64,000 nucleotides of DNA from Kondoa subrosea (lineage: Eukaryota): the NCBI GenBank assembly GCA_039545335.1, contig BCIN01000003.1:2179060-2243059 (forward strand), given 5' to 3'. The notes below the pieces were generated by a model. That model was not told where the DNA came from. It did not search any database and worked only from the letters and a program-made list of their open reading frames with translations. Numbering within the stretch: position 1 is the stretch's first letter; each line of letters starts with the position of its first letter. Below are positions 15,172 through 26,938 of this stretch, piece by piece. The position numbers and the translations under genes are program-made.

Positions 15172-17584
15172 ATGTACAACAATTATGGCCATCAGGCTTA
15201 TCCTCAAGCACCAAACTATTATCAGAATGCTCCTCCTATGCAGTTTGCTCCCCCTCCTCCCCCTATGATGCAGCAACAACAGCATTGGGGTCCACCTCCA
15301 CCTCAGAATTATTACCATCAGCAGCCTCCTATGCAACAGCCTCAGTATTTTCAACCTCCTGCTCCAGCGCCTCTGCCTCCTCTAGCTCCAATGAGGCAGC
15401 ATCAACCGCAACCACCACCTGGACCAGATTTGAACAATCCAAATGTGTTCAGACAGTTCTTTACCAGCGGTTTGCAAGCGTTGACTTTCAATTCGAAACC
15501 CATCATCACCGATTTGACTATTTTGGCGGGCGATTATCAAATGCGCATGGCTACTATCATTTCGGATGGATTGCAGACTCATCTTTTGACGGTGCGTACT
15601 GAACCGCTTCACCGCGCTTTGGACTTAAGAGTTGCATTTGTCACGCAGACGGATCCTTCTTACAAGCTGCCAGCGCTTTATTTGATGGACAGTATAGCAA
15701 AGAACATTGGTCCACCTTACACAACCCTCTTTTCTCGGTGGGTGGAAAGAATCTTTTTATCCGTTTATCGGGATGTGGATCCGCCAACGAAAGTGAAAAT
15801 GGAAGAACTGCTAGGTACTTGGCGTACAGGTGGTCAAAATGGTGGTGAACTCTATTTCAACCTCAATCCTGCTTTAGGTGGAAACATTCAACGTGATTTG
15901 GAAGAAGCTTTGTTTGGTCGACAATTGCGAGGAGGTGGAATTGGTGGAGGTGGAAGAGCTGGAATGGATAATCGACACTTCTTGAATGGTGTGACCCAAC
16001 AACCTAGTTTGGCTACACCGCCCGAAAGGAATGCTTTGGCTGAAGATATTAGAAGGATCATTGGATTGAGACAGGCCCAGGCTTATCGTGATCCTCATGA
16101 TAAAGCTAACGTGCAGCAGATGGACTCGTTACAGAAGGTGCGTCTGAGTTGAATTTTCTCGTTGGGATCTATTTCAACTTTTGTATTTGCACAGCTCGAA
16201 ACCCTTGTATCGCATGCTGGTCTGACTTCGGATCAAGTCAATCACATCCGACAGCAACTGGCCGCCCTCACTCCAGCTGAAGCAGGATTCCAACCACCTC
16301 AATTACCTTCGTACAACGCTGACAACTCCATAATGGATACTTTGAGCACCATTGATTCGTCAACTATATCCGCCTTACTTGCAGCTCAGCAACCTTTGCA
16401 ACCTGTTCCTTCTACTTCAGCTATTCCAGACGATGGTTCTTCTCTTTACGATAATCTTCTGAAATCAGGTTTGGTTAATGTGAATATGGACAATGTGGCT
16501 TCAGCTCTGCAAGGTATTGATCCCAGTCTTCTTGCTTCCCTCGGTGCCGCAGTTGGCCAAGATAAGAAAGAACAGAGCGAGAAGGAGAATGAGTATGAGC
16601 GCAAGTTATTCCATGGTTATGAAAAGCAGATTGGTCGGATTGGCTTGACTAGCGCAGATGTGAACAAGTGCGTAGTGTTACAATCTCCGCTTTATACGCT
16701 AAAAGACGCTTCGCTCGCGCACAGACCCAGACCTGAATCTTCAAGACTGCTATTAAGTGAATTGTCGATACATTGTGTTCAATGTTCTGCAAGATGGCTC
16801 GATACACCTAGACACAAGCAAATCTATCAACAGCATCTAGATCGACATTTTAGAAACAATAATCGTATCAACAATGCTACTCGTGCTCAAGGAAGAGATT
16901 GGTTTACCTCTCTCGAGGTATGTGTGGAACATTCGGACCACCGATTTCGGCTGATGCTCAATTTTTCTGACACATAGGACTGGATTCAACCACCTGTCAC
17001 GACTACCATTGACCTGAAGACGGATCAGGAAGTAGCAGATGCTGAAGTAGCCGAAATCGTCAAGTCTACCGTCGTTGCGCCTTCGGATCCCACTAAAGCT
17101 GCCAAACCTTGTCCGATATGCAAAGAAGGGTTCAAGAGTGTTTGGAAAGAGGAAGCTGAAGAATGGGTTTGGACCGATGCGAAGAAGGTTGATGGAGTCG
17201 TGAGTCTAGGCCATTCCACCGAAGAATATCCATCTTATTCTGAATGACTCTTCGCAGATCTATCATGCTTCATGTCATGCGGAAACAATGAAATCAAGAC
17301 TACAAAACCGACTCAAGCGAGAAGAAGGTGCTGCAACTCCTCTTTCTTCATCTAGAGAAGGTACACCTTTGCCTCACATCGCTTCAAGTCCGAAGCCTAG
17401 CAAGCTTGCATCTGTCGAACCAGAAACTCTCGAGTCTGCGCCAGAAGCAAGTGGTTTACCTGCAGCTGCCGAGCCCGTGGAGGGGACAGCTTCTCCTCGT
17501 CCACCTAAACGACCAGCTGAAGAAGAGCCAGAACGAGAAGCAGACGAGACTGAAGCCAAGAGAGTCAAGCAAGAGACGGATTGA
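15172..17584 (+). CDS. PCF11: Cleavage/polyadenylation factor Pcf11 (CID domain and zinc fingers)
   Basis: LTFNSKPIITDLT, KLPALYLMDSIAKNIG, C2H2-like CVQC...HLDRHF, CPICKE, EEWVWTDA, YHASC. Confidence 0.93.
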
Positions 17585-17735
17585 TGAAGAAGAGTGCATT
17601 TCGTTTCATATTGATAGTGTCTGGCTATTTGTATCTTTTAATTTCATCACAGCATCTGGAAATGCATTGCATACGCTAATCATACACTACTTGCGCGATC
17701 CCCTTGTGTTTTCCTAATAACGCTTGTTCCAGACA

Positions 17736-18609
17736 ATGATGCTCACTCTGCTATACCTGCCTCTATTGGCCGCTCTGGCTGCTGCGACTGATCTCGTAGG
17801 ACGGATAGAAGCTGGTCAGAACCCTCTCAGTGCGTTGCTTCTGCCGCAAGTCGCTTACAGCTGATTGTAGTCGAGTACAGTTGCCTCGCAATTCCGCTTG
17901 AAGCCTGATACGCAAGTCTTGCTGGACAACGGCCTGAGTCGGAAAGCTCTTATAAAACCAGATGGTTCCTTCATATTGTGAGCAAATGAACAAATAGCTG
18001 CGCTGCCCGCTGATCTCTTTTCTTTTGGGTCACAGCCGAAACCTTCCAGCTGCAGATTACGTGCTCAGCGTGTCCAGCAAAGACTACATCTTCCCAAACG
18101 TAGGCTTTGCTTCACCGTTGTTTATCATTGATTGAGATGTTCTCGGACAGTACCTCGTTTCGATAAGTGCTGCAGATCAGGGCGTCCTCATTCGTCCTCA
18201 CGAGCACAATCTCCTCCCAGCAATCGATGGACCTCTGCTTCCTCATCCCCTTCTCATTCAACCAAGAGCGATACCGGAATACGTCGAAGTCAAGAAACCT
18301 TTTGATGCTATCGCTATGATCAAATCAAACCCTCTGATATTGATGATGGTATTGGGAGGTGGGATGATGTTTGGGCTTCCCAAATTGATGGGAATGCTGG
18401 ATCCAGAAGCATTGGAGGAATTGAGGTCAGCATAGGAAGTAGCATAGCGATTTAGGTTCGCTAAAGCGTAATTTCTTCTTGACAGGCATAATCAAGCGCA
18501 AATGCACAAATCGCTTGGAAGTATACAGCAAGGCGATGTGAGCGGGTTCAAGAAGATTCTGAATCCGGAACCGTATCAAGCTCCAAGTGTAGAGAAGAAG
18601 TTGCAATAG
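17736..18609 (+). CDS. EMC7: ER membrane protein complex subunit 7-like
   Basis: Signal peptide, DGSF...NLP..DYVLSV, C-terminal KSNPLILMMVLGGGMMFGLPKLMGMLDPEALEE. Confidence 0.8.
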
Positions 18610-18838
18610 TATCATAATGCAATGTTAGCTTAGCATGACGAGTCTCCGGGGCTGTCTGTTATCCGGATGAAGTCTCGGAGAAATTGTCTACAGCATCTAT
18701 TCTAGCAATGCAACCCAAAAGAAACCCTTCTAAAAGCTAAAAAAGAAAAAAAAGAGAAATGACAAGCAACTATGTACAAGTTAAACAGAGAGGCGCTATT
18801 CCCTCTGCATATAAGAGTACAACCCTTTTTGATGTGCT

Positions 18839-19463
18839 TCATGAGTGGAAAGAACGCTTGAATCGATGCTGAGTAATTGGCGTGCAGACGTTATCAGCCG
18901 ATTTCAGTAGCTTCCAACCTCTTGAGCAACTTTTGACAACGCATCGTCCCATTAGACACTAGACAGCAGTACTTGAGCCGACAATAAACAGGCACAAAGA
19001 AAGCAGCCTAACCTCCGTGTCTTGAACACCTGGTGCAGATCGACAGTTGTTACCTTGTTATCCTCTAGATTTTAGTACGGCGCAAGAGAAGTGCATGAAA
19101 GCAAAGAAAAGGGTTCGTACCACATCGACCACACTAGAATAAGAGGGAAGAAGAAGAGTCAGCAATCACAAAGACCTATGAAGAGCAACACACATGAGTA
19201 GTTTGCCTGCTTAGATCAACACACTACAGATTAGCATTAGCACAGCGATTCAGACGAAAGAAAAGGAAAAAAAAGCCTACTTTGTAATCTTCGATTGACA
19301 TTGCCCGACATGCTGTCATCGGAATAGGACACTCAATGTCAGATCCACGAATAGCTGGAAGCAACAATGAGTAAAGTAAAGAGGTGAAAGTAGAATTATG
19401 CTACTTACCAATAACTTGAGCAACCAGAGCAAAAAGAAGAGCGAATACAGTGAACGACCGCAT
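18839..19463 (-). CDS. Small secreted cysteine-rich protein, CPL1/PriA-like domain (~110 aa, 6 exons)
   Basis: Hand-spliced: MRSFTVFALLFALVAQVIA-IRGSDIECPIPMTACRAMSIEDYKCVDLSRQTTHCGRCGNNCRSAPGVQDTECLMGRCVVKSCSRGWKLLKSADNVCTPITQHRFKRSFHS. Needs a 13-nt exon (19121-19133) and one AAG acceptor. Confidence 0.78.
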
Positions 19464-19997
19464 TGTAGCTTATGTAATGTAAAGTTTTGTTGGAAGAAAT
19501 AAAAGAGTGTAAATGAGTTGGATTTTAATGATGAGGAAAGTATAGAGTTGGACTGATGTGTGTTGAAAAAGCCCGGAGATTGCTTGATGACTTTGCTGAA
19601 AGAAGGAATGCAACTTATATAGCCAACGAGCGGAATGCAGATCCACAACAAGGAATGCAAAATCAACAGTGCTAATTGGTTGCAATGCAAATCATAGCAC
19701 CGCTTCAAGTATGCTGAAAAAACAACAACAAAGAACTCTTGACTTGAAGGTATCTGTCTGCCCTCTGAATTGGGTGACAAAAGAAGGAAGAAGGGCGAGC
19801 AAGACACAAGATAGCCTCCTCGATATAATTCTGTCTTTAATCGAGTTGTTGCTATTGATGAGGTGCTTTCGAGCGATAGGTCGAGTAAGAGCATATGGTA
19901 TAGTGCGTCAAGAGCTCAAAAGAGCATTGATAGAAGCTTCAGAGGGGATTCGAGATTGAAAGTGAAACATATTCGTGTTGTTTGCAAAGAGCCAAAC

Positions 19998-21168
19998 ATG
20001 AGCGTCGCGCCTTCAATGAGCAATGGCTTGACGAGCAATACATCAAGACCAGTAGTAGTACCAGGAGCTTCAACTTCGAATGCAACAGCGAGCACAGCGG
20101 GACTAGGACAAGCATTGACTGGTGAAGCAAGAACAGCAGCAGAATTGGCTGGAAGACCTATTGTCAGACATCCTGTGTCGAATACGGTATGCCTCCAGAG
20201 CACGCAGAGATCGCAAGCTGAGACGTTCGATGCTAGATTGTGGTCAACACTTGTTTGCTTGAAATCTTGCTCAAAGAGGTCTTGACCTGATGTGATGCTC
20301 CATTGGGTATACAGGTCAGGTCAGTCCTCTGCATGGTGCTATAACTTCAACGAGAGCTGAATGTGTCTATGCCGTGCAGAAAGGCAATCCTCTTCTCACG
20401 CATGTTCGCAATGTCGGCTGGGAGTATGGCGATATCGTACCAGACTATCAAGTAGGAGCTACTACAGGCGTCCTCTATCTCAGGTACGCAGACCGGGCTG
20501 CGCTTACTGCGATGCTGACTTGGGTGATAGCATTCGATATCATCGACTTCATCCAGAATACGTACATACCCGTATACAGAAGCTCGGTTCAGCTTATCAT
20601 CTCCGAGTTCTTCTTGTCATGTGCGACGTCGAAGATCATCAAGCAACGATCCGCGAATTAACAAAGGTCAGCGCCCTGATCTTTCAGCTTCCCACAAAGT
20701 TTACTTAACAAATTAAGCAGATGGCTATTATCAACAACCTGACCATTATGGTCGCATGGTCCAATCAGGAAGCTGGGCGATATCTAGAGCTATACAAGTC
20801 TTTCGAACGCAAAGGTCCAGACCTCATCAAAGAACGTGTCGACAAGGATTATATGTCTCAGATGAACGCTGTTTTGACTTCTGTGCGAGGTGTGAATAAG
20901 ACAGATGTTCTCACTTTGACAACCAATTTCGGAGTGAGTGCCATTTCTTATGTTTTTAAACCAGTAAATGTTGATTGACCGACTGCAGTCGCTGAAACGG
21001 ATTATGAATGCGACACCTGATGAATTATCTTCGTGTCCTGGACTAGGAGAGAAGAAGGTGAAGAGATTGAGGGAAGCTTTCTCTCAGCCTTTCGCTGTGT
21101 CATCCTCAAGTAAACGCAAAAGTACTGCTCAGAAACGTGGTGAAGAAGGAGCTACTGCTTTGAATTGA
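19998..21168 (+). CDS. RAD10: ERCC1/Rad10/Swi10 excision-repair endonuclease subunit
   Basis: QKGNPLLTHVRNVGWEYGDIVPDY, YHRLHPEY, WSNQEAGRYLELYK, HhH motifs VRGVNKTD and CPGLGEKKVKRL. Confidence 0.95.
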
Positions 21169-21264
21169 ACAGATGTGATAACAAGACTGCACAAATAGTG
21201 TAAGTATAATTGCAAGGAAACGAAATGTGACGCGTTTTATGAACGCGAATATAAAGTCTCCAGA

Positions 21265-21284
21265 AGATTGCCTCGAGGCAATCT
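21265..21284. promoter_or_regulatory. Perfect 20-bp palindrome AGATTGCCTCGAGGCAATCT upstream of the Tudor-like gene (left arm)
   Basis: The sequence equals its own reverse complement; an identical copy lies at 31556-31575. Function is inferred only. Confidence 0.55.
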
Positions 21285-21398
21285 AAAGAAAAAGCTCAAG
21301 CCCTTCTCTGGCGTGGCTGTTTGTGTGTCACCGAATCTCTCTTTCTTTCTCTTCCACTACCATCCATCTCACTCAAACTCACTCGCAAAGAACAAATC

Positions 21399-21735
21399 AT
21401 GTCACACAACGATTCTTCACCTGATTCAAGCTTCGAGCTTCACAAAGGAGATCATGTCGAGTATCACGTAAGTCAACTCTTCTTTCCGTGGTCGCATTCA
21501 GCTTACTTGACACTTGACACAGGCTGTAGCAAACAATGTCTCGCATGGAGTTGTGGTTGATGTAGATGAAGAGGCTCACAAAGTCAAAGTCAAGTGAGTT
21601 CTCACTACTCGTGCGAGAGTTTAAAGTGGGAACTCATGGTCACCGTGCAGAAACGACAACACTCACAAAGTCTCATCTGTTGGCGAAGACAAAGTTATGG
21701 GCGTTATGGAAAAGGGACAGAAGGATCAAAAGTGA
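21399..21735 (+). CDS. Small HVA1/DUF2945 Tudor-like protein, copy 1 (74 aa, 3 exons)
   Basis: Exons 21399-21467, 21523-21593 and 21651-21735 give MSHNDSSPDSSFELHKGDHVEYHAVANNVSHGVVVDVDEEAHKVKVKNDNTHKVSSVGEDKVMGVMEKGQKDQK. The KGDxVxY...GxV...NxNTxK pattern resembles HVA1 Tudor domains. Confidence 0.75.
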
Positions 21736-21841
21736 CCGCAGCATCATGAAAATATTGTAGCAATGGAATGAGTAGACAGTAGTAAGAGGAAAAGGAACAA
21801 CATTGCATGCATATAGATGATCTGAACTCTTCAATCTCGAC

Positions 21842-22953
21842 TCAAGCTTTTCCGAACAGCAACTTTGCATCTTCAGGTCGGTGATGACCAGCAGTGAAGA
21901 TCGCTTGCTCTTTAGCGAATGCCACACCGCTCAAAAGAGGAGAGCTAGCGACCAGAATGTCGAAGGCTTCTTTGAGCTCGTGATGAGTTGTTTCCTTGGG
22001 TACAGAGTGTTCAGGAACGTGAGATAGGTCAAGCAAGTCCTTCTCTTCTTGTTTGACATCCAAAGAAGCGTGATGGCCAGCTGAACAAATAGCTTCTCTT
22101 CGAGCTAATTCAAAAGGAGTCAGGTGCTTGGCAGGCTTGAGCAACAAGTCGAGAGCTTCTTTAGGATTATGTGCTTGCGTTTCTTTCGGTACAGCATGTT
22201 CTGGAACAGCAGCTAGATCGAGCATCGCTTGCTCTTCGGTCTTGACATCGAGCGAAGCATGATGACCAGAGGAAACGACAGCTTGTCTTCTTGCTTTCTC
22301 GTGTTCAGAAAGATGAGCTGGCTTGTGAACCAAGATATCAAGCGCTTCCTTCAATTCGTGGGGTTGACTTGACTTAGGAACATCGTGCTCGGGAATATTG
22401 GCAATAGCGAGAAGATCCGCTTCCGAGGACAGAGACGATCTAGAAGACCGGTGAGAAGAAGTAGAAGTTGCAGAGCGAGACGACGACGCAGAAGAGCGAC
22501 GGCGCGCACTGAACACAGCCGCAGTCTCGAGCTTGATTTCGCGAAGGCCGTCTTTGATCTATATTACGATCAGACCCTTCCCTTCTGGTATAGTAGAAGT
22601 ACTGACCTTATGCATCAACGCTGGTTTAGTCTTCATATCATGGCTTTGAACGGTCTTGTTCTTGAGCGACGCAGGCTTGATGTATTCAAGAGGGACGTCA
22701 GAGTATTCTGCTTGAGCTTGTGAAGTCTACGAGAAGCTTAAGATCGAGCAATCTAGCTGTTAGACAGACTTACCTCGCCTCCGCTCGAACTCAAGTCAGA
22801 TCCATTGTGATAAGCCATACTAATCTCGCGCTTCAAAGGATTTCCAGGACAGAGAATATCGTCGAACGAAGCCTGCTTGGGTTCTAGAACAGCAGGAGAT
22901 TTAACGGTTTCGATGGAGTTAGAGCTGGCAGAGCGAGAAACTGGAATGAACAT
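21842..22953 (-). CDS. His-rich triple-repeat protein of unknown function, copy 1 (3 exons, ~336 aa)
   Basis: Starts MFIPVSRS; two canonical introns, Ser/Arg linker, then three 63-aa repeats. Intact in both repeat arms. Confidence 0.85.
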
Positions 22954-23418
22954 GATACTGAAGAAAGAGAAGTGATCGATAAGTTATAAGCAAAGAGCGA
23001 AGAGTCTGACCAGCAGATATGAAGAAGTTGAATGAAGAGGAGAGAAGGAAGAGAGCGAAAAGCAGGGTTTTGTCAAGAGATTGGCGATGCTTGCAGTGCC
23101 TCATATTTGCCATCGAGAGTCCATCTATGAAGCCGATGAGACATAATAGGAAGCTGGCTACAGCTAAGCAATACAGGCTCCAAAGACGCCAAAAGACCCC
23201 ACCCTCAGCGTTTCAAGTTCAAGAAGCAGGATTTCCTTCACAATTCAAACAAACAGTACTTGGCTTGAAAGATCGCATGAGCACACTGACAGACAGGCAG
23301 TACGAGCATTGACGCGTCGCAGGCAACGCCGTCGGGGAAGAAGCAGTGCGTTGTTTATTTGCGTTTATTTTATCGGTTTTGCTTCTTCACCCACACCGTG
23401 ATACCCTCAAAGGCGATC

Positions 23419-26400
23419 ATGGCTCGCGAAGTGATTGATCTGGACACCAGCGATTCGGAGAACGAGCAAAATGATAGAGTTAGGCAATGGGCAGCAAAAG
23501 TGCAACCTCCTTCTCAAGAGCAAGATGAGATTATTCCAGTGTCGAGACCTATGCCAACACACATCAACTACGCTTTCAAAGCACCTGCTCCAGCCAAAGC
23601 GACCAATATCTTCATGCCAACCAAACCTCGAGCTCAAGATACATACTACAAACATAGCTTAGGCGGAGGTCCTGGACCGCAGTACAATGGCGTCAAGGTT
23701 GAGAAGCCTAATGCAAGTACATACAACACTTTACCTGGTTACAGACCGCCTGCAAATGTTTTTAAACCTCCGACTCCTATTGATGTACCTCGACAAGAAC
23801 CGACGCGTCCTCTTCCTTCTGCTTACGATGCTCTCGATCCCGCTCAGGCTCATATGCGAGTCGAAGATGCTGAGAAGGAATTGAGAGAATTGGTCGAAAG
23901 TATGATTGATATGACTGGCGTGGATATGAGTGAAGAAATGCCAGATGAGCTGTCCTGCAAGCTACTCGCGCATCAGGTATGTCAAAGTCGTATAAGAGAG
24001 CTCTCTTTGCTGATTTCTTGAAACAGGTCCAAGGTATTCAATGGCTCAAGGTATGTCACACGCTGGTCAACTCTGACTGTACTGACTTGGTCATGCAGAG
24101 TCGGGAGACTGGAAAGAATAGAGGCGGAATCTTGGCCGATGATGTGCGTGATTCGTTTGTCGTGGCCTCAGCCTAGCTGACTGGGAATGTGCAGATGGGT
24201 CTAGGCAAAGTAAGATCCAAAACACTGATTTAATTCATGGTTGAAAGTAGTCGCAGACGATTCAATCTATTGGTCTAATGTTGGCCAAGAAACCAGAGAA
24301 GAAGCCTAAGACCACTCTTATCGTGGTTCCTTTGGCGCTGAAAGAACAATGGCGAGCTGAGATTGAAGCAAAGACAAAGTCTGGATCACTCTCTGTTCAT
24401 GTGCATCATGGAACAAAGCGAAGCAAAGGTGACTCTGCTCTTAAGTCGCGGTCTGAACAGCTTTAACAAATTCAGCAGATCCTGCTAAGCTCATGCGATA
24501 TGATGTACATTTGTCTAACAATTGATGTAATTGATCTGACGAGTCACTTGTTAGGTCGTTATTACTACATACGATGTGGTCGCTTCCGAATGGGTTGCAC
24601 CACCTAAGGCAAAGAAAGGCAAAGAGAACGTTCCAGCGGGTCAATCAGATGACTCAGGATCTGACTCGGAGGATTCACTGATGAAGAAGGTCAAGCGTAA
24701 AGCAACGAAAAAGAAGGAATTGGGTCCAATCTTCGAAGCCAAATTTCATAGGATCATTCTCGGTGCGTGCAATCTCTTTTTTGACGAGCAATCCTAATCT
24801 TTGGCTCAGACGAAGCTCATACCATCAAAGGTCGGAACACGAATCGAGCTAAAGCCTGTTGTGAGATATATGCAGAATATCGTTGGTGGTGCGTCACATT
24901 TGGTCAAAATGTGCAATAGCTCACTCTCTTGCCAGTCTGACAGGTACACCCATCCAGAATAGCGTATGTCCTATGCTTTTTGCGCCGTCGCAGTTCCTAA
25001 GCACAATATATTCAGGTCGAGGATCTCTTCTCGCTCTTCAAGTTTTTGGGAAGCATAGCAAAACCTTTTCATGAATATTCGTATTTCAAGTTGAAGATTA
25101 TGGACCCGCTCAAGAAAGGCCACGGTGCAATTACGATGGAGCGCCTACAAACTATCCTCAAAGCTTTGCTTTTGCGCCGGGCCAAGACTCATAAAGTTGA
25201 TGGGAAAGCCATCTTGGAGCTTCCAGCTCGCAACATTCATCTCGTCAAGACTAAGTTTCTCGATGCGTGAGTATCGATTATAAATTAGCGCAGAGCTGAC
25301 CAACCCAACAGGGATGAAGAAGCATTCTATAAAGCTCTTAATGACAAGATGCAAATCAGCTTCAACAAATTCCTTCGTGCTGGTACAGTTATGGACTCTA
25401 TAGTGCAAGGTAGGTAGGAGAGCCAGCCTGATTATTTGTTTTCCGGCTGATCTGCCATACCAACAAGTCCTGGTCCTTTTGCTACGTCTGAGACAAGGTA
25501 TTTAACTTGAGAAATTCGAAGCAGTATTCTGAGTGCTATTTCTAGCTTGCAATCATCCTCGCCTGGTGACTAAGGGTCAAGACTCGGATTCACTTGAGCG
25601 CTTGCCGGGAGCAAGCAACGCTATAACATCAAAGCCAGACAAGGACGATGTCGATGATCTCGCAGATGCTCTAGGCGGTCTTGGAGTATCTAAGCAGACT
25701 ATTTGCGCCATTTGTCAAGTTGACACAAGAGGGTCAGACATTTGTGATCGGTGCGTTCTTCGAAATGGAGCTGCATCTTTAAGCTGATTCATCGCCTGCG
25801 GAGTGATAGATGTGAAGAAGATAACGATAGATTCGCTTCTATGAGCATGTCAACTAAAATCCGGAAGATTCTGCGAATTCTTGTATGTCAATGTCTCTTC
25901 TTACTTGTATATCTGTTCAGTATGTCATAGGAGGATATCAGAGAGGAGAACCCGAAGCGCAAGACAATTGTAGGCCATCTTGTATTGCTCGGTATTGATC
26001 CTGATAATCTTTTCCCCAACAGATCTTCAGCCAGTTTATTTCGTTCTTCGAGCTCCTCGAACCTTTCCTCAAGAAGTCGAAGATCAAATATGTCAAATGT
26101 GCGTTGCTTCGAGCCAATGTGTAAGTGGCGCTGATGTGCGATACAGACATTGGAAGCATGCCAAAGTCAGCTCCGCGCCATCTGTAGTATGTATGTACTG
26201 AGATCTGATGGCGGTGGACAGTGACAAGCGAGAGCAAGCTCTTGACCGAATCAAAAACGATGACACTTGCACCGTTATTCTGGTTTCGCTAAAATGTGGT
26301 TCACTCGGTCTCAACTTAGTAGCTTGTTCCAGAGTGATTATCGTCGACCTATGGTCCGTTCATGCATCATTTTAAAGCCCAAAAACTGTTAATCATTCCC

Positions 26401-26859
26401 TTCGATCAGGTGGAATCCGGTCAGTACTGATCAAGCTTTCGATCTTATCAATTCTAATCATCTTGTGTAGAGCATTGAGAATCAGGGCATCGATAGAGCG
26501 CATAGATTTGGTCAGAAGGAGGATGTCGAGATCTATAAGATCGTGAGTAAAGCGTCCTAAATCATGAGCCTTGAAATTCAATTTCAGGGACTTCCGACAG
26601 ACAATTGAAGGCACTATTGAAGATCGTCTGCTGACTCTGCAAGATCAGAAAATGCAAATCGCCAATGCTGCCCTTGGCGATGATGGGTCAGCGAAACTCA
26701 ATAAAGTAAGCCGTCACAAGCTGAGTAATTGCCTCTCGAGCTCACCTATCTGTCTGGCAGCTTTCATTAAAAGATATCATGTTCTTATTCGTGCGTCAGT
26801 CTATAAGCGCGCTGTTACATGACTAATAATTGCACCAGAGAGGTGACGGTGCGAAGTGA
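23419..26859 (+). CDS. SNF2-family helicase with RING-like insert (Uls1/Ris1/Rad5-16-like)
   Basis: GGILADDMGLGKT, RIILDEAH, LTGTPIQN, LLRLRQACNHP, CAIC...ICDRC, IFSQF, LNLVACSRVI, WWNP, QGIDRAHRFGQ. SIM-like VIDL at the N-terminus. Confidence 0.92.
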
Positions 26860-26938
26860 AGATACCATCTGTTCTCTACTATTACATTCATTGCTATGCC
26901 AAGCCCAAAATAGATCTTATATGTCAATTACAAATGTA

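Larger units (their letters stand above)
21110..23104. repeat. Left arm of ~2.0 kb inverted repeat (partner 29730-31730)
   Basis: Reverse-complement match to 29730-31730. For example 22047-22360 is identical to ~30473-30787; similarity decays at both ends. Confidence 0.97.

Noticed and set aside
19316..19894. 192-aa minus-strand ORF from the track
   Set aside because: Low-complexity Leu/Ser/Phe-rich reading of pyrimidine-rich promoter DNA that overlaps the real CPL1-like gene in another frame.
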